Shown in pieces: positions 54,140 through 63,464 of a stretch of 64,000 bases of DNA; position 1 is the stretch's first letter, and the number at the start of each line of letters is the position of its first letter. A model generated the notes under the pieces. That model was given only the letters and a program-made list of their open reading frames with translations. It ran no database searches and was not told where the DNA came from. The DNA is taken from contig JADKJZ010000002.1 in the NCBI GenBank assembly GCA_016720805.1, positions 213,617 through 277,616 on the forward strand, read 5' to 3'. A program made the position numbers and the translations under genes. This DNA is from Gemmatimonadota bacterium. Lineage in GTDB: Bacteria > Gemmatimonadota > Gemmatimonadetes > Gemmatimonadales > GWC2-71-9.

Positions 54140-54668
54140 GTGAACGATAGCAGCGAACACAACGATGACGCCGCCTGCGAAGGCTGCGAATTGACCCGGC
54201 CCCGCCGGGAATTCCTGAAGGAGATCGGCGCGGCCGCGATGGGCGCGCTGCTGCCTGGCTGGCATTCCGGCCGAGGTGGCCGCGGCGATGGAGCCGCGTC
54301 GCGTCACGGCCAGCGGCCGCGTCGGGGCAGATCCGACCTATCCGGTACCGGCCGCCGACGGCGTGCAGATCGACAAGGTGAACGAGGTGATCCTGGTCCG
54401 CTGGCAGAACAGTGTCTGGGCCTTCAACCTCTCCTGCCCGCACCAGCGGACGGCGTTGCGGTGGACCGAGGCCAAGCACGAGTTCCAGTGTCCGAAGCAC
54501 AAGTCGCGCTACCAGCCCGACGGCACCTTCATCGCCGGCCGCGCCACCCGCCACATGGATCGCTTCTCGATCACGCGGACCGGGACCGACGTCATCGTGC
54601 ACGTCGGGGCGATGCACAAAAGCGACGCGGACCAGGCAAGCTGGTCCGCGTCGGTGGTGAAACTCTGA
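54140..54668 (+). pseudogene. Tat-exported Rieske [2Fe-2S] protein, frame change inside the signal peptide
   Basis: gagg SD, GTG 54140. The Tat motif TRPRREFLKEIGAAAMGALL is in the ORF 54089 frame. The mature part (..LAGIPAEVAAA.., CPHQRT .. CPKHKSRY) is in the ORF 54276-54668 frame. The switch is at about 54254. Confidence 0.7.
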
Positions 54669-54686
54669 TCGGTATCGCGCGGCGCC

Positions 54687-57290
54687 CTAGCGCGCCCGGC
54701 CCAGCCGGCGATCTTCCGGGTCCGTGGTAAACCGGCCGCGCACGATCAGGGCGACGCTCTTCCGGAAGATCGAGGCGCTCGGGAAGGGCAATGCGGACTG
54801 CGTGGCGGAGCACCCAGGCGGCGGTGAGCAGTTCTTGCCCGGCGCGCAGGGGCCGCCGTTGAAGTTGATGCGCCGACCATACCCGCCATTCGGCAGCTGG
54901 AAGCGGAGCACCAGCTCGGGCTGACGGTTTCGCGTCACCAGCTGCGCGTTCGGCAGCGGGCCGATGTCAAACTGGAAGGTGACCAGCCGATCGACACCGC
55001 CGTTGCCTTCACTCTCGCCCCCCAGGAACGCGATCGCCGAGGCGCTGAACGACTGCGTCTGGGGCGCACCCGTCGTAGCGTTCTTCACCACCCGCTCGGC
55101 CACCAATGTCATTGGGTACGCGATCGGACCGCTCTGCCCAGCGTTGCCTCGGCCGAGAGGTACAGGCCGATGGAACGCACCAATCCGCCGGCACCCACCG
55201 GACCGGGAATGGTGAAGTAGTACGCGGCGATGTCGTCCCGAAACGCGGCGGGGGTGCAGGCGTTGATGGTCGTGTAGGCGGAGGAATGCGTCGCGGTGTA
55301 GAAGAGCTCCGCGCCCCCCGGCGTCGACTGCAGCGAGGCGCGCAGTTGATTCTCCCCTTCGCCAGGGCACCCGGTGACCGACGCACTCCCGTCGGCCCCG
55401 GTGGGGGTCGTGGCCGTCAGCGGCGCGCCGTTCACGGTGGCACCCATGGCGCCGCCTGGTGTCCAGAAGACCGGGACACCAACCTGCGGGTTGTTGAATT
55501 GGTCGGTGACCCGGACGGTCGGCGTCGGGCTGACCGCACCGCCGTTCACCTTGCCATACGCCGTGGGGCCGACCGCCACAAACCGCAACGCGGCACCGGG
55601 CGCGACATCGAAGAGGTTGCTCCCCGTGGTGCTGGACACGAGCCCCGCGTCGCCGAGCGTCGCAGCGGCAGCGAATCGATAGCCCGTGGCCGCCTGCAGG
55701 ATCGTGGTGCTGAAGGTGGCCACCCCGTTGACCGCATTGGTGACCTTTGTCGTGGCACCGCCGTCAAAGCTGTTCTTGTTCAGCGATAGCGTCACCGGGT
55801 TCGACGCGGTCGGCACGATCGTGCCCAAGTCGGAGCGCACCTCGACGCGGGCGGGGATCAACGCACCGGCGCTGTAATTGCCCGCGGCCGGTTGGGTGAA
55901 GACGAGGCTGCTTGCCCCATACGCGGCGATCAGCCAGCTCGGCGCCTCCGGGACAAACTCGATCACAGTCGGGTCGAGGTTGGCCGGTGGCGTGAGCGTC
56001 GCAGTCAGCTTGGTGTAGGCGGTGCGGAGGTCGGACGTCGTGCCGAAATTGATGCAGCCGACGGCCGCAGTCCCGGCGGCGTTGGTGGCGGCGTCGGCGC
56101 CGCAGACCGAGGCGTTACCCGGCTTCGCGCTGTAGGGCGCCACGGTGGACGGTGCCGTCGTCCAGGCGGCGGTGACGCCCGGAATCGGCGTCCCCTGGCG
56201 GGTCTTGACCGTGATCGTCGGGAGGCCCGCGCCGGTGCGGGTCGTGCCGACGGTGCCATCGATCGTGGTCACGAGGAGGGCGTCGCGGACGAACTCGCTG
56301 GTCGACCCGCCGACGCCGCCCGAGGCGAAGAGCTGCGGGTCAACCGGCTCGAACGGCGAGAACTCGCTGGTCGCGCCGCCGATGCCGCCGCTGCCCGCGA
56401 AGCGACCGGCAGCGGCGAGCGGTGCGGGGCGCACCACGCTCGCCAGCGCGTCGAGGAGTCGACCACCCCAGCTCGACGGGATCGCGGCCGAGGTGATCGC
56501 CCCGCACGCGAGCGTCATCTCCGGCGGAATGTTGACGCGCGGAGCACCTCGAAGGTGGCCGGGTTTTTCTGGTGGGCGAGCACCAGCCGCGCCAGCAGCG
56601 AGTCGATTTCATTCGCCGGCACGTTGATGAGTTCTACGGGATCCGGGCAGACGCCGACGATCGCCTTCGTGCCCGGCTTCAGCGTCTGGGCAGGCGACAC
56701 CGTCCACTCATAGATGAACGCGTACTTGTCGAGCGGCGTCGTGAGGGCGTTCGGGTCAGTGAGCCGGCGCGCCGTCACGATGGTGTTCTCGACGACCGCA
56801 TCCGGCGGGAACTGGGCTCCGGACTGGCGGTCCAGCGTCTGCAGCGTGGTCATCGGGTCGCCGACGTGCACGACCCACGTCTCCTTGGGGTTCGCGATCC
56901 CGGCGTCGATGCCGACGTAACAGAAGATCTGGTTCAGCACCGAGGCGAGGGTCGCCGGCGACAACGCCACCTGCTGGTTCGCGTCGTTGGCGAGGAGGAA
57001 GTCGACCAACTCGAACGCCTTCGCCTTGGCCAGCGTCGCATTGTTCGCGTTCGTCGCCTGCACGACGGCGTTCCAGGTGCTCGTGGCGGTGAAGCTGTTG
57101 GCGAGCGACGAGAAGCCGCTCGACAGTGCGCCCGGATCTGCACGGGGTCCGCCGTGCACGCGGCAGCGTCCGCCGCGCGGCCGCGCGTCGGGACGGCGCC
57201 AGTGGCCTGATCGGCCAGCGAGGCGGAGTCTCCGCATGCCGTGGCAAGCAACAGCACCGCGAGCAGCGGCAACCGGGTGGAACGAAGCAC
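54687..57290 (-). pseudogene. Large surface lipoprotein with Ig-like repeat region, spread over four frames
   Basis: MLRSTRLPLLAVLLLATAC (57290), then LSSGFSSLANSF..AHQKNPATFEVL (ORF 56515-58011 tail), then NIPPEMTLACG..Ig-like T/G/V-rich repeats (ORF 55109-56518), then GNAGQSGPIAYPMTLVAERVV.. (ORF 54687-55370). Confidence 0.65.
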
Positions 57291-57533
57291 GACGCCTCCA
57301 GGGGGAATCAGGAGGGAGTGCGGTGGGATGGACGCCGAGCGTACCGCCTCGGCGATTCATCCTGCCACCCCCAATGGCGATTGATATACGCCACAGTCGA
57401 AAAGTCCGCAATGGTGTTGCGCGCGCGTTACACCCATGTGGGCCAGTTGCGACGGGCATTTCCCGGGTCCCGGATGCCAAACGCCCCACCCGGTGGGGGG
57501 TGGGGCGCCGTGGGATCCGCTGGCCGGTGCCGG

Positions 57534-60154
57534 CTAGTTGGCGAGCAGCTTCTTGAAACCGGGAGTCTCGGCGATCGGGCGATACCACCACCCCGGGTAG
57601 GCCACGAGCGCCTTCCGCCGATCGTCGCTCTTGGACAGATAGGTCTTCAGGTCGGCCAGGGCAGCCGTCGTGTCGCCGCGGAGCGCGCCGACGAAGGCCG
57701 CGAACTGTGGCAGTTCGAGATTGGGGTCGATGTCCGGGTTGCCGCGCGACCGGTCGACCACCCGCTTGGCACTGTCGCCGAGGCCGGCGCGCGCGAGCAC
57801 CGCCGCCACCAGCAGGTCGCTCTTGAAGCGCTCGAACTGCTGCTGCGGCTTCGGCGCCATCGCCGTGATCGAGTCGGCCAGCTTCCACGCGAGCGGGACG
57901 TCCCACTCCTTCTTCTTCGACGTCTCGAGGTAGAGCTTGCAGCGCGGCGCCTGGGACGAGGCGGGGTAGCGGCGCTGCATCTCGTCGCACCAACGCGTGG
58001 CAGTTGTCCACTCCTCCGTGTCATACGACGCGAGGATGAGCCGGTTCAAGACCACCTGCGCGTTGCTGAGGAAGGCGTCGGCCTCCCACGCCTTCTCGGC
58101 AGCCCGGTAGATGTCCCTTGGTGAGACTTCCGGAATCGCGTAGTAGAGGTGTGAGAGCGACGCCCACGCCCCGGCCTGATTGGGGTTGAGCTCCGTCGCC
58201 TTCTCGAGGTCGGCGCGCGCCGCCGTGAGCAACGCCGACTGCTTCTCCTTCTCGGCGTCAACCTTCACCAGATAGCGCCAGTACTGCAGGTTGCCGCGCA
58301 ACTCCAGTGCGTTCGGGTCCTGCGGCTGCAGCGCCAGCGCCCGGTTGATGTGCGCGAGGCCCGCGTCGATCGGCGCCTTTGCCTCGAGTGGATCGGCGTT
58401 GCGGCGCGACGTCTCGTACGCCAGCCGGGCCCGTCCGATGATCGGGTCGGGCCACTTCGGGTCGAGGGTCTCTGCCTGGGCCAGCAGCGTGTCGGCCTGG
58501 GCGCGGATCAGCAACGCGCTGTCACCCTTCGTGGCCGCCGCGCTCTTCCGGAGTCGTTCGGCCGCTGCACGAGCAACCACGCATCGTTGTTCGACGTGGC
58601 TCGGCGTTGCTCCTTCAGCAGCACCTCGCCGCCGATGCGCTCACGGATCAGGGTAGCCACTTCGGTCACGGTCGAATCGCGCACCGCCGCGAAGTTGCGG
58701 CCATCCACCATGAAGCTCTTGGGGTCGCCGAAATCGACGCCGGAGTTGCCGTCGAGCAGGCGGATCGACACCCTGATCTTGTCGCCCTGCTGGTCGAGCG
58801 TCCCCTTGACCAGCGTCCCCGCATTCAGCGCCTTGCCGATGTCCTCGGGCGGGATCGAGTCATTGCCGCGATACTGGCCGACACCACCCGCGGAGATCAC
58901 GGCGAGGCCCGGGATGGTGTTCAGGTTCTCGATCAGCGCTTCGGTCAAACCATCGGCGAGCGTGGCGAGTGAATCGCCAGTCTGGAAGTAGAGCACCGCG
59001 ATCCGCTTCTTGGACAGCCCGCCGCTGTCGGCCAGCGGCACCGGCTTGCCACCCGCCGTCAGCTTGTACGCACCGAATCCGCCCCCGGCCAGCACCAGCA
59101 ACGCGACCCCGAGCACCATTGGCCGCTTCCAGAGCGGCACCGGCATCGGAGCGGCGACCCCGAAAGCGCTCGTCATCCCGCTGGTGGTGCGGCGCGCCGT
59201 GGTGTGCCGCATCGTCATCATGCGGGTCGACGTCGCGCCCGCCGGCATCGGCGCCGCGACCAGCAGGGCGGCAAACGCCGCCGCGCTCTGGGGCCGATCG
59301 GCCGGCGACTTCCCCAGCGAGCAGAAGATCGCGTACTCGACTTCCTCGGGTACCGATTGCCGGATGATCCGGAGCGACGGCACCTGCTCCATCACGTGCT
59401 TCGCGAGGATCGCCGAGGCGTTCTTCCCGCTGAACGGCGGCTCGCCGGCGAGCATCTCGAACAGCATGCAGCCGAGCGAGTAGATGTCCGCGGTGACGCC
59501 GACCTTCTCGCCCATCCCCTGTTCGGGGGCCATGTAGGTCGGCGTGCCCAGCGCCATCCCGGTCTGCGTCAGTTGCTGCGCCATCCTCGACCGCGCGGGC
59601 AATGCCGAAGTCGGCTACCAGCGCGTGGCCGCCGCTGAGCAGGACGTTCTCCGGCTTGATGTCGCGGTGGATGACCTGCTGCTTGTGGGCGTACTCGAGG
59701 GCGTCGGCCACTTCGAGCGTGATCTGCAGCGCATCCTCGACGGAGAGCTGGCCTTCACGGTCGAGCCGGTCGCGCAGCGACTCCCCCTCGACGAACGGCA
59801 TGACGTAGTAGAGCAGCCCGTCGGAGACGCCCGAGTCATACATCCCGAGGATGCGGGTGCTGCAGGCGCCCGGCACTGCGGATCTCGCGCTCGAAGCGCT
59901 CGCCGCCGATCGAGGCGGAGAGGTCCGGGTGGAGGACTCACGGCCACCTTGCGGTCGTGCTTGATGTCGCGGGGTCGGGAAGACCGTGGCCCATGCCCCC
60001 ACGGCCAAGCTCCCGCCCGAACGCATAGCGATCGGCGAGGTGGGTTTGCAGTCGTTCGAGGTGGTATCGGCCAAGCTGGAGGCCTCGGGCCGGAGAGGGT
60101 TCGGAGCCAGCGATAAGTCCGGCCCCGAAGAACGCGCCAGCGGTGGAGGGCCAA
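57534..60154 (-). pseudogene. Ser/Thr protein kinase with TM, TolB-N-like and TPR C-terminal regions; at least six frame changes
   Basis: LADRYAFGRELGRGGM / ATVF / RDIKHDRKVAV / VLHPDLSASIGGERFEREIRSAGRLQHPH / ILGMYDSG..HRDIKPENVLL..ADFGIA / MAQQLTQTGMALGTPTYMAPEQ.. / TPR tail are read in successive different frames. The 5' boundary is uncertain. Confidence 0.7.
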
Positions 60155-60246
60155 TCCGCCGCCGGAGGCTCGATTCCGGGTACCCCCGCTTAGATTTCCC
60201 CTGCGGCCACTTTGCCGTCCTTCGTCCCCGGCACGAGTGAGTTCGC

Positions 60247-60534
60247 ATGAGCGCCTACAAGACCCTGCAGCGTCGCCTGACCCTTGGCGGACGCGAGTAC
60301 CATTTCGTCACCTGCGAGGGTCAGCGGGCCAATCCGTCGCGCAATCACCCCGAGGTGCCCCCCACCTGGGCGCTGATGGCCGCCGGCAAGCGCTGGACGG
60401 TCATGCCGGAGCTGGCGGATCAGGACGAGGCCGAGATCGACCGCCAGTTGCTGGCGTGGCTGGGCGAGCACATGGGCAGCGAGCCGGGGATCATCGCCGA
60501 CCGGGGCGATCCGGCCAGCGGCCGGAAGGGATAG
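60247..60534 (+). CDS. Hypothetical protein (95 aa)
   Basis: ATG-initiated ORF divergent from the kinase. No motif recognised. Confidence 0.4.
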   Translation: MSAYKTLQRRLTLGGREYHFVTCEGQRANPSRNHPEVPPTWALMAAGKRWTVMPELADQDEAEIDRQLLAWLGEHMGSEPGIIADRGDPASGRKG

Positions 60535-60576
60535 CAACCCGCCGGTCCTGCCGCCGCTCCCCGCAGCGGCGACCGG

Positions 60577-61206
60577 TCACCCCGGCATCCCGTCGAAAAA
60601 GGTGACCACCCCGGTCTCCAGCGAATATTCCGCCCCCACCACCAGCAGACCATCCTCCCGAATCAACTGCTCCAGGATCTCCGAGCCATGCCGCAAGTGG
60701 TCCGCGGAGGCGCGGATGTTGGCGCGGACCGCTTCGGCCACCAGGGCGTCGTGGGCCTGCGCGAGCGGCGTGTCGAGGAGCGACTCGACCGACGGCCGCA
60801 CCAGGTCGACAATCGCCCGGATGTTGCGCGAGTGGGTTGAGCTCGGCGAGGGGTGCTGCAGTTCCTCGATGGTCGCCACGATCGCTCCGCACTGGGAATG
60901 GCCCAGGACCACCACCAGCCTGGTGTGAAACCGCTCGGCCGCGAACTCGACGCTCCCTACCAGCGAGGGGGCGACGATGTTGCCGGCGACCCGGATCACA
61001 AAGAGATCGCCGAGTCCCTGGTCGAAGACGATCTCGGCCGGGACCCTGGAATCGGCGCAGCCGAGGATGATGGCGAATGGCTCCTGCCCTTCGGTCAGCT
61101 CCGCTCGGCGGGCCTGATGAAGCACCGGCGCGCCGCCGCTGACGCTGGTATTGAAGCGGAGATTGCCGGCCCGGAGTCGGGCGAGGGCTTCGTGGGCAGG
61201 GATCAT
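60577..61206 (-). CDS. Beta-class carbonic anhydrase
   Basis: GCADSRV and GHSQCGA zinc-ligand motifs. 209 aa, intact. Confidence 0.9.
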   Translation of the reverse strand: MIPAHEALARLRAGNLRFNTSVSGGAPVLHQARRAELTEGQEPFAIILGCADSRVPAEIVFDQGLGDLFVIRVAGNIVAPSLVGSVEFAAERFHTRLVVVLGHSQCGAIVATIEELQHPSPSSTHSRNIRAIVDLVRPSVESLLDTPLAQAHDALVAEAVRANIRASADHLRHGSEILEQLIREDGLLVVGAEYSLETGVVTFFDGMPG

Positions 61207-61278
61207 GGAGGAAGGGTACTACCGCGGCGGGGTGGGCGGTGAGGGGATGGTCCGAAGTTCTCCGGAGGGAACGACGAA

Positions 61279-61310
61279 CGGCCTGGTGAGAGTAGGTTCT
61301 CGCCAGGCCG
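61279..61310 (-). terminator. GC-rich hairpin downstream of the zinc-ribbon gene
   Basis: cggcctgg..gaga-gtaggt-tctc..ccaggccg. On the minus strand it is followed by ttcgtcgtt (a weak U-tract). Confidence 0.35.
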
Positions 61311-61377
61311 CCAAAAGTGTCGATTTTTAATACACTTTGCTGGTCACTTATTGATCAGCCGTTCGCGCCATTACCTG

Positions 61378-62173
61378 CTACTTCGTCGGCGTCGTCTTCA
61401 GGAAGTCGTCGAGCAGAGAGCGGTGGGCCAGATACTCGGGGCGCTTCAACGCGACCTCGGTATCGAAGTGTTGTCGGAACGCGAGCCGCGCCGCGCGCCC
61501 GGCGGCGACGTTCCCCTGATAGTCCGCGATGAGTGCGCGGAGATAGTCGACCAGGAGATGATTCTCCGCGCTGGCGACGATCGTGTCGACCTGCGCGACC
61601 GCACCAGGGAAGTGACCGACCTGCGCACGCAGCAAGGCGAGATGAAAGCGCAAATCGTTGTTGCGATCGGCAGTCGGGAGATTGGTGAAGGCCTGCTCCA
61701 TCATCGGGAAGAATCGGACGACCGTGGCGGTGTCGCCGGACTGCACCGACGTCTCGGATTCGATCCGACAATCGCAGGAATTGCTCTTGGGGACTGAGTT
61801 TCGAGAGATCTGGCGGGGTGCCATCCGATACCACGGCTCCACTCGGCGACGTGGTCTCACCGCTGGTGACGGTTGGACTCGGACGCGATGCGGCCCACCC
61901 CAATGCCGCAATCGCCGCGACCCCGAGCATCGCCGGTATGGTCCAGCTGCGCGTCCCGCGCGGGGTGGCCACGCTCGGTGTGTCGGGGGCCGACGGTTGC
62001 GCGTCACCACCGAAACTCGTCCCACAATTCGCGCAGAACATCGCACCCGGCGGCGCCACGATGCCGCATTGCCGACAGGCTGATTCGGCGATCGCCGTGC
62101 CGTAGCTCTCGTAGAATCTGCCGTGGACCGATGCGCCGCACTGGGGACAGGATGTCGAAGATGAATGGTGCAA
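61378..62173 (-). pseudogene. Zinc-ribbon membrane protein with helical C-terminal domain, one frame change
   Basis: MHHSSSTSCPQCG..FYESYG..CRQCG..FCANCG, a TM helix, ..LSPQEQFLRLSDRI (ORF 61355-62173). It then continues as E(S)ETSVQSGDTATVVRFFPMMEQAF..TTPTK in ORF 61378-62448. The switch is near 61752-61770. Confidence 0.6.
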
Positions 62174-62322
62174 TGGGCCTCCGCCGCATCAACTGATTGA
62201 CCTGAATCATTCACGGGGCACGCTCGAATCCGGCCCGCAATCTGCTTCACGTACAAGTGTACAAAGAATGCACACCGATTCCGATACTGCCGGGTTGTAA
62301 GATCCGTATCCGACCGGATAGG

Positions 62323-63396
62323 ATGACCCCCGTTGAACCACTTGCCGATTCGATGCACGACCTGAGGGAAGGCATGACCGATCCTGCGCGTCAACTCCAC
62401 CCCGCCTATGAGATGCCCCGCCACCCTGAACTGGTCCGGGCGCCTCAAGTATCGACGGCGGTCGATGCTCCCCCGAGCACCGCGGGCCGGCCGACGCCAA
62501 CGCCGTCAGCGACCGACGCTGCGCGCCGGGGCCGTTGGAAGATCTGGGGCTGGACCTTTGGCGTGGCGTTGCCGTTGGCTGCCGTGAACCTGATCGGTGC
62601 CCCGTACTACCTGGAACCGATGGCCGAGCGGGTTCGCCATCCGTGGCACGCCATGCTCCGCCCGTCGGGGACCGTCGGCCTGACCGCCGGGATCATTGCG
62701 GTGGCGATCTTCATCTTCCTCTGGCTCTACCCGCTCCGGAAGAAGTACAAGCGCCTCGCCTTCCTCGGCTCGCTCGGCAAATGGATGGATGTTCACGTCG
62801 CCACGGCCCTGGCGATGCCCCTCCTGTTGGCGATTCATGCGACCTGGCGCGCCGATGGCGTGATCGGACTCGGGCTCCTCTCGATGATGGTGGTGGTCGC
62901 CAGCGGTGTGATCGGCCGCTACCTCTACGTCCGGATTCCGCGCGCCCGGAATGGCGTCGAGCTGACACGCGAGGAAGTCGCCGGGCGGCGGCGCGAGTTG
63001 ATCGGTGAGCTGGCCGAGACGACCGGACTCGGCGTCGACGTGGTCGAACGCACGCTCGCGGTCGGGGCGCCGGTGGAGGCAGAACAGAGCCTCGGCAAGA
63101 TCTTCATGCGGCTGCTCGCCGACGATCTCACGCGGTGGCGCCGCACCTCGGAGCTGCAGCGCCGGTGGGCCGGTGTCGCGCCTGCCGGCCGGCCGCTGAG
63201 CAAGGCTGCGCTCGGCGAGGCGGTGCGCCTGGCGTCGCAGGAGATGTCGCTGGAGCAGCAATCGCGCATGCTCGAGGCGACCCATCGGGTCTTCCGGTTC
63301 TGGCACGTGGCTCACCGTCCCTTCGCGGTGACGGCAATGGTTGCGGTCATCATCCACATCGTGGTCGTCCTCGCCGTCGGCGTGGTGCGGTACTAG
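62323..63396 (+). CDS. Multi-TM membrane protein, function unknown
   Basis: ORF 62257-63396. ATG 62323 follows ggatagg. Four or five hydrophobic helices (..TAGIIAVAIFIFLWLYPL.., ..AVTAMVAVIIHIVVVLAVGVV). Confidence 0.6.
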   Translation: MTPVEPLADSMHDLREGMTDPARQLHPAYEMPRHPELVRAPQVSTAVDAPPSTAGRPTPTPSATDAARRGRWKIWGWTFGVALPLAAVNLIGAPYYLEPMAERVRHPWHAMLRPSGTVGLTAGIIAVAIFIFLWLYPLRKKYKRLAFLGSLGKWMDVHVATALAMPLLLAIHATWRADGVIGLGLLSMMVVVASGVIGRYLYVRIPRARNGVELTREEVAGRRRELIGELAETTGLGVDVVERTLAVGAPVEAEQSLGKIFMRLLADDLTRWRRTSELQRRWAGVAPAGRPLSKAALGEAVRLASQEMSLEQQSRMLEATHRVFRFWHVAHRPFAVTAMVAVIIHIVVVLAVGVVRY

Positions 63397-63464
63397 GCCG
63401 CGACTACGGAATCCTCGCTGCGACCCTCCTCGCCTTCGTCCTGATCACCGGGCTCGCCATCCGC

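Noticed and set aside
39600-62200. The lesion-rich half as a horizontally acquired island or prophage
   Set aside because: I recognised no integrase, transposase, tRNA target, direct repeats or phage genes. GC content and gene types look native. Only the 52.0-52.9 kb and 62.2 kb patches are mildly lower in GC.
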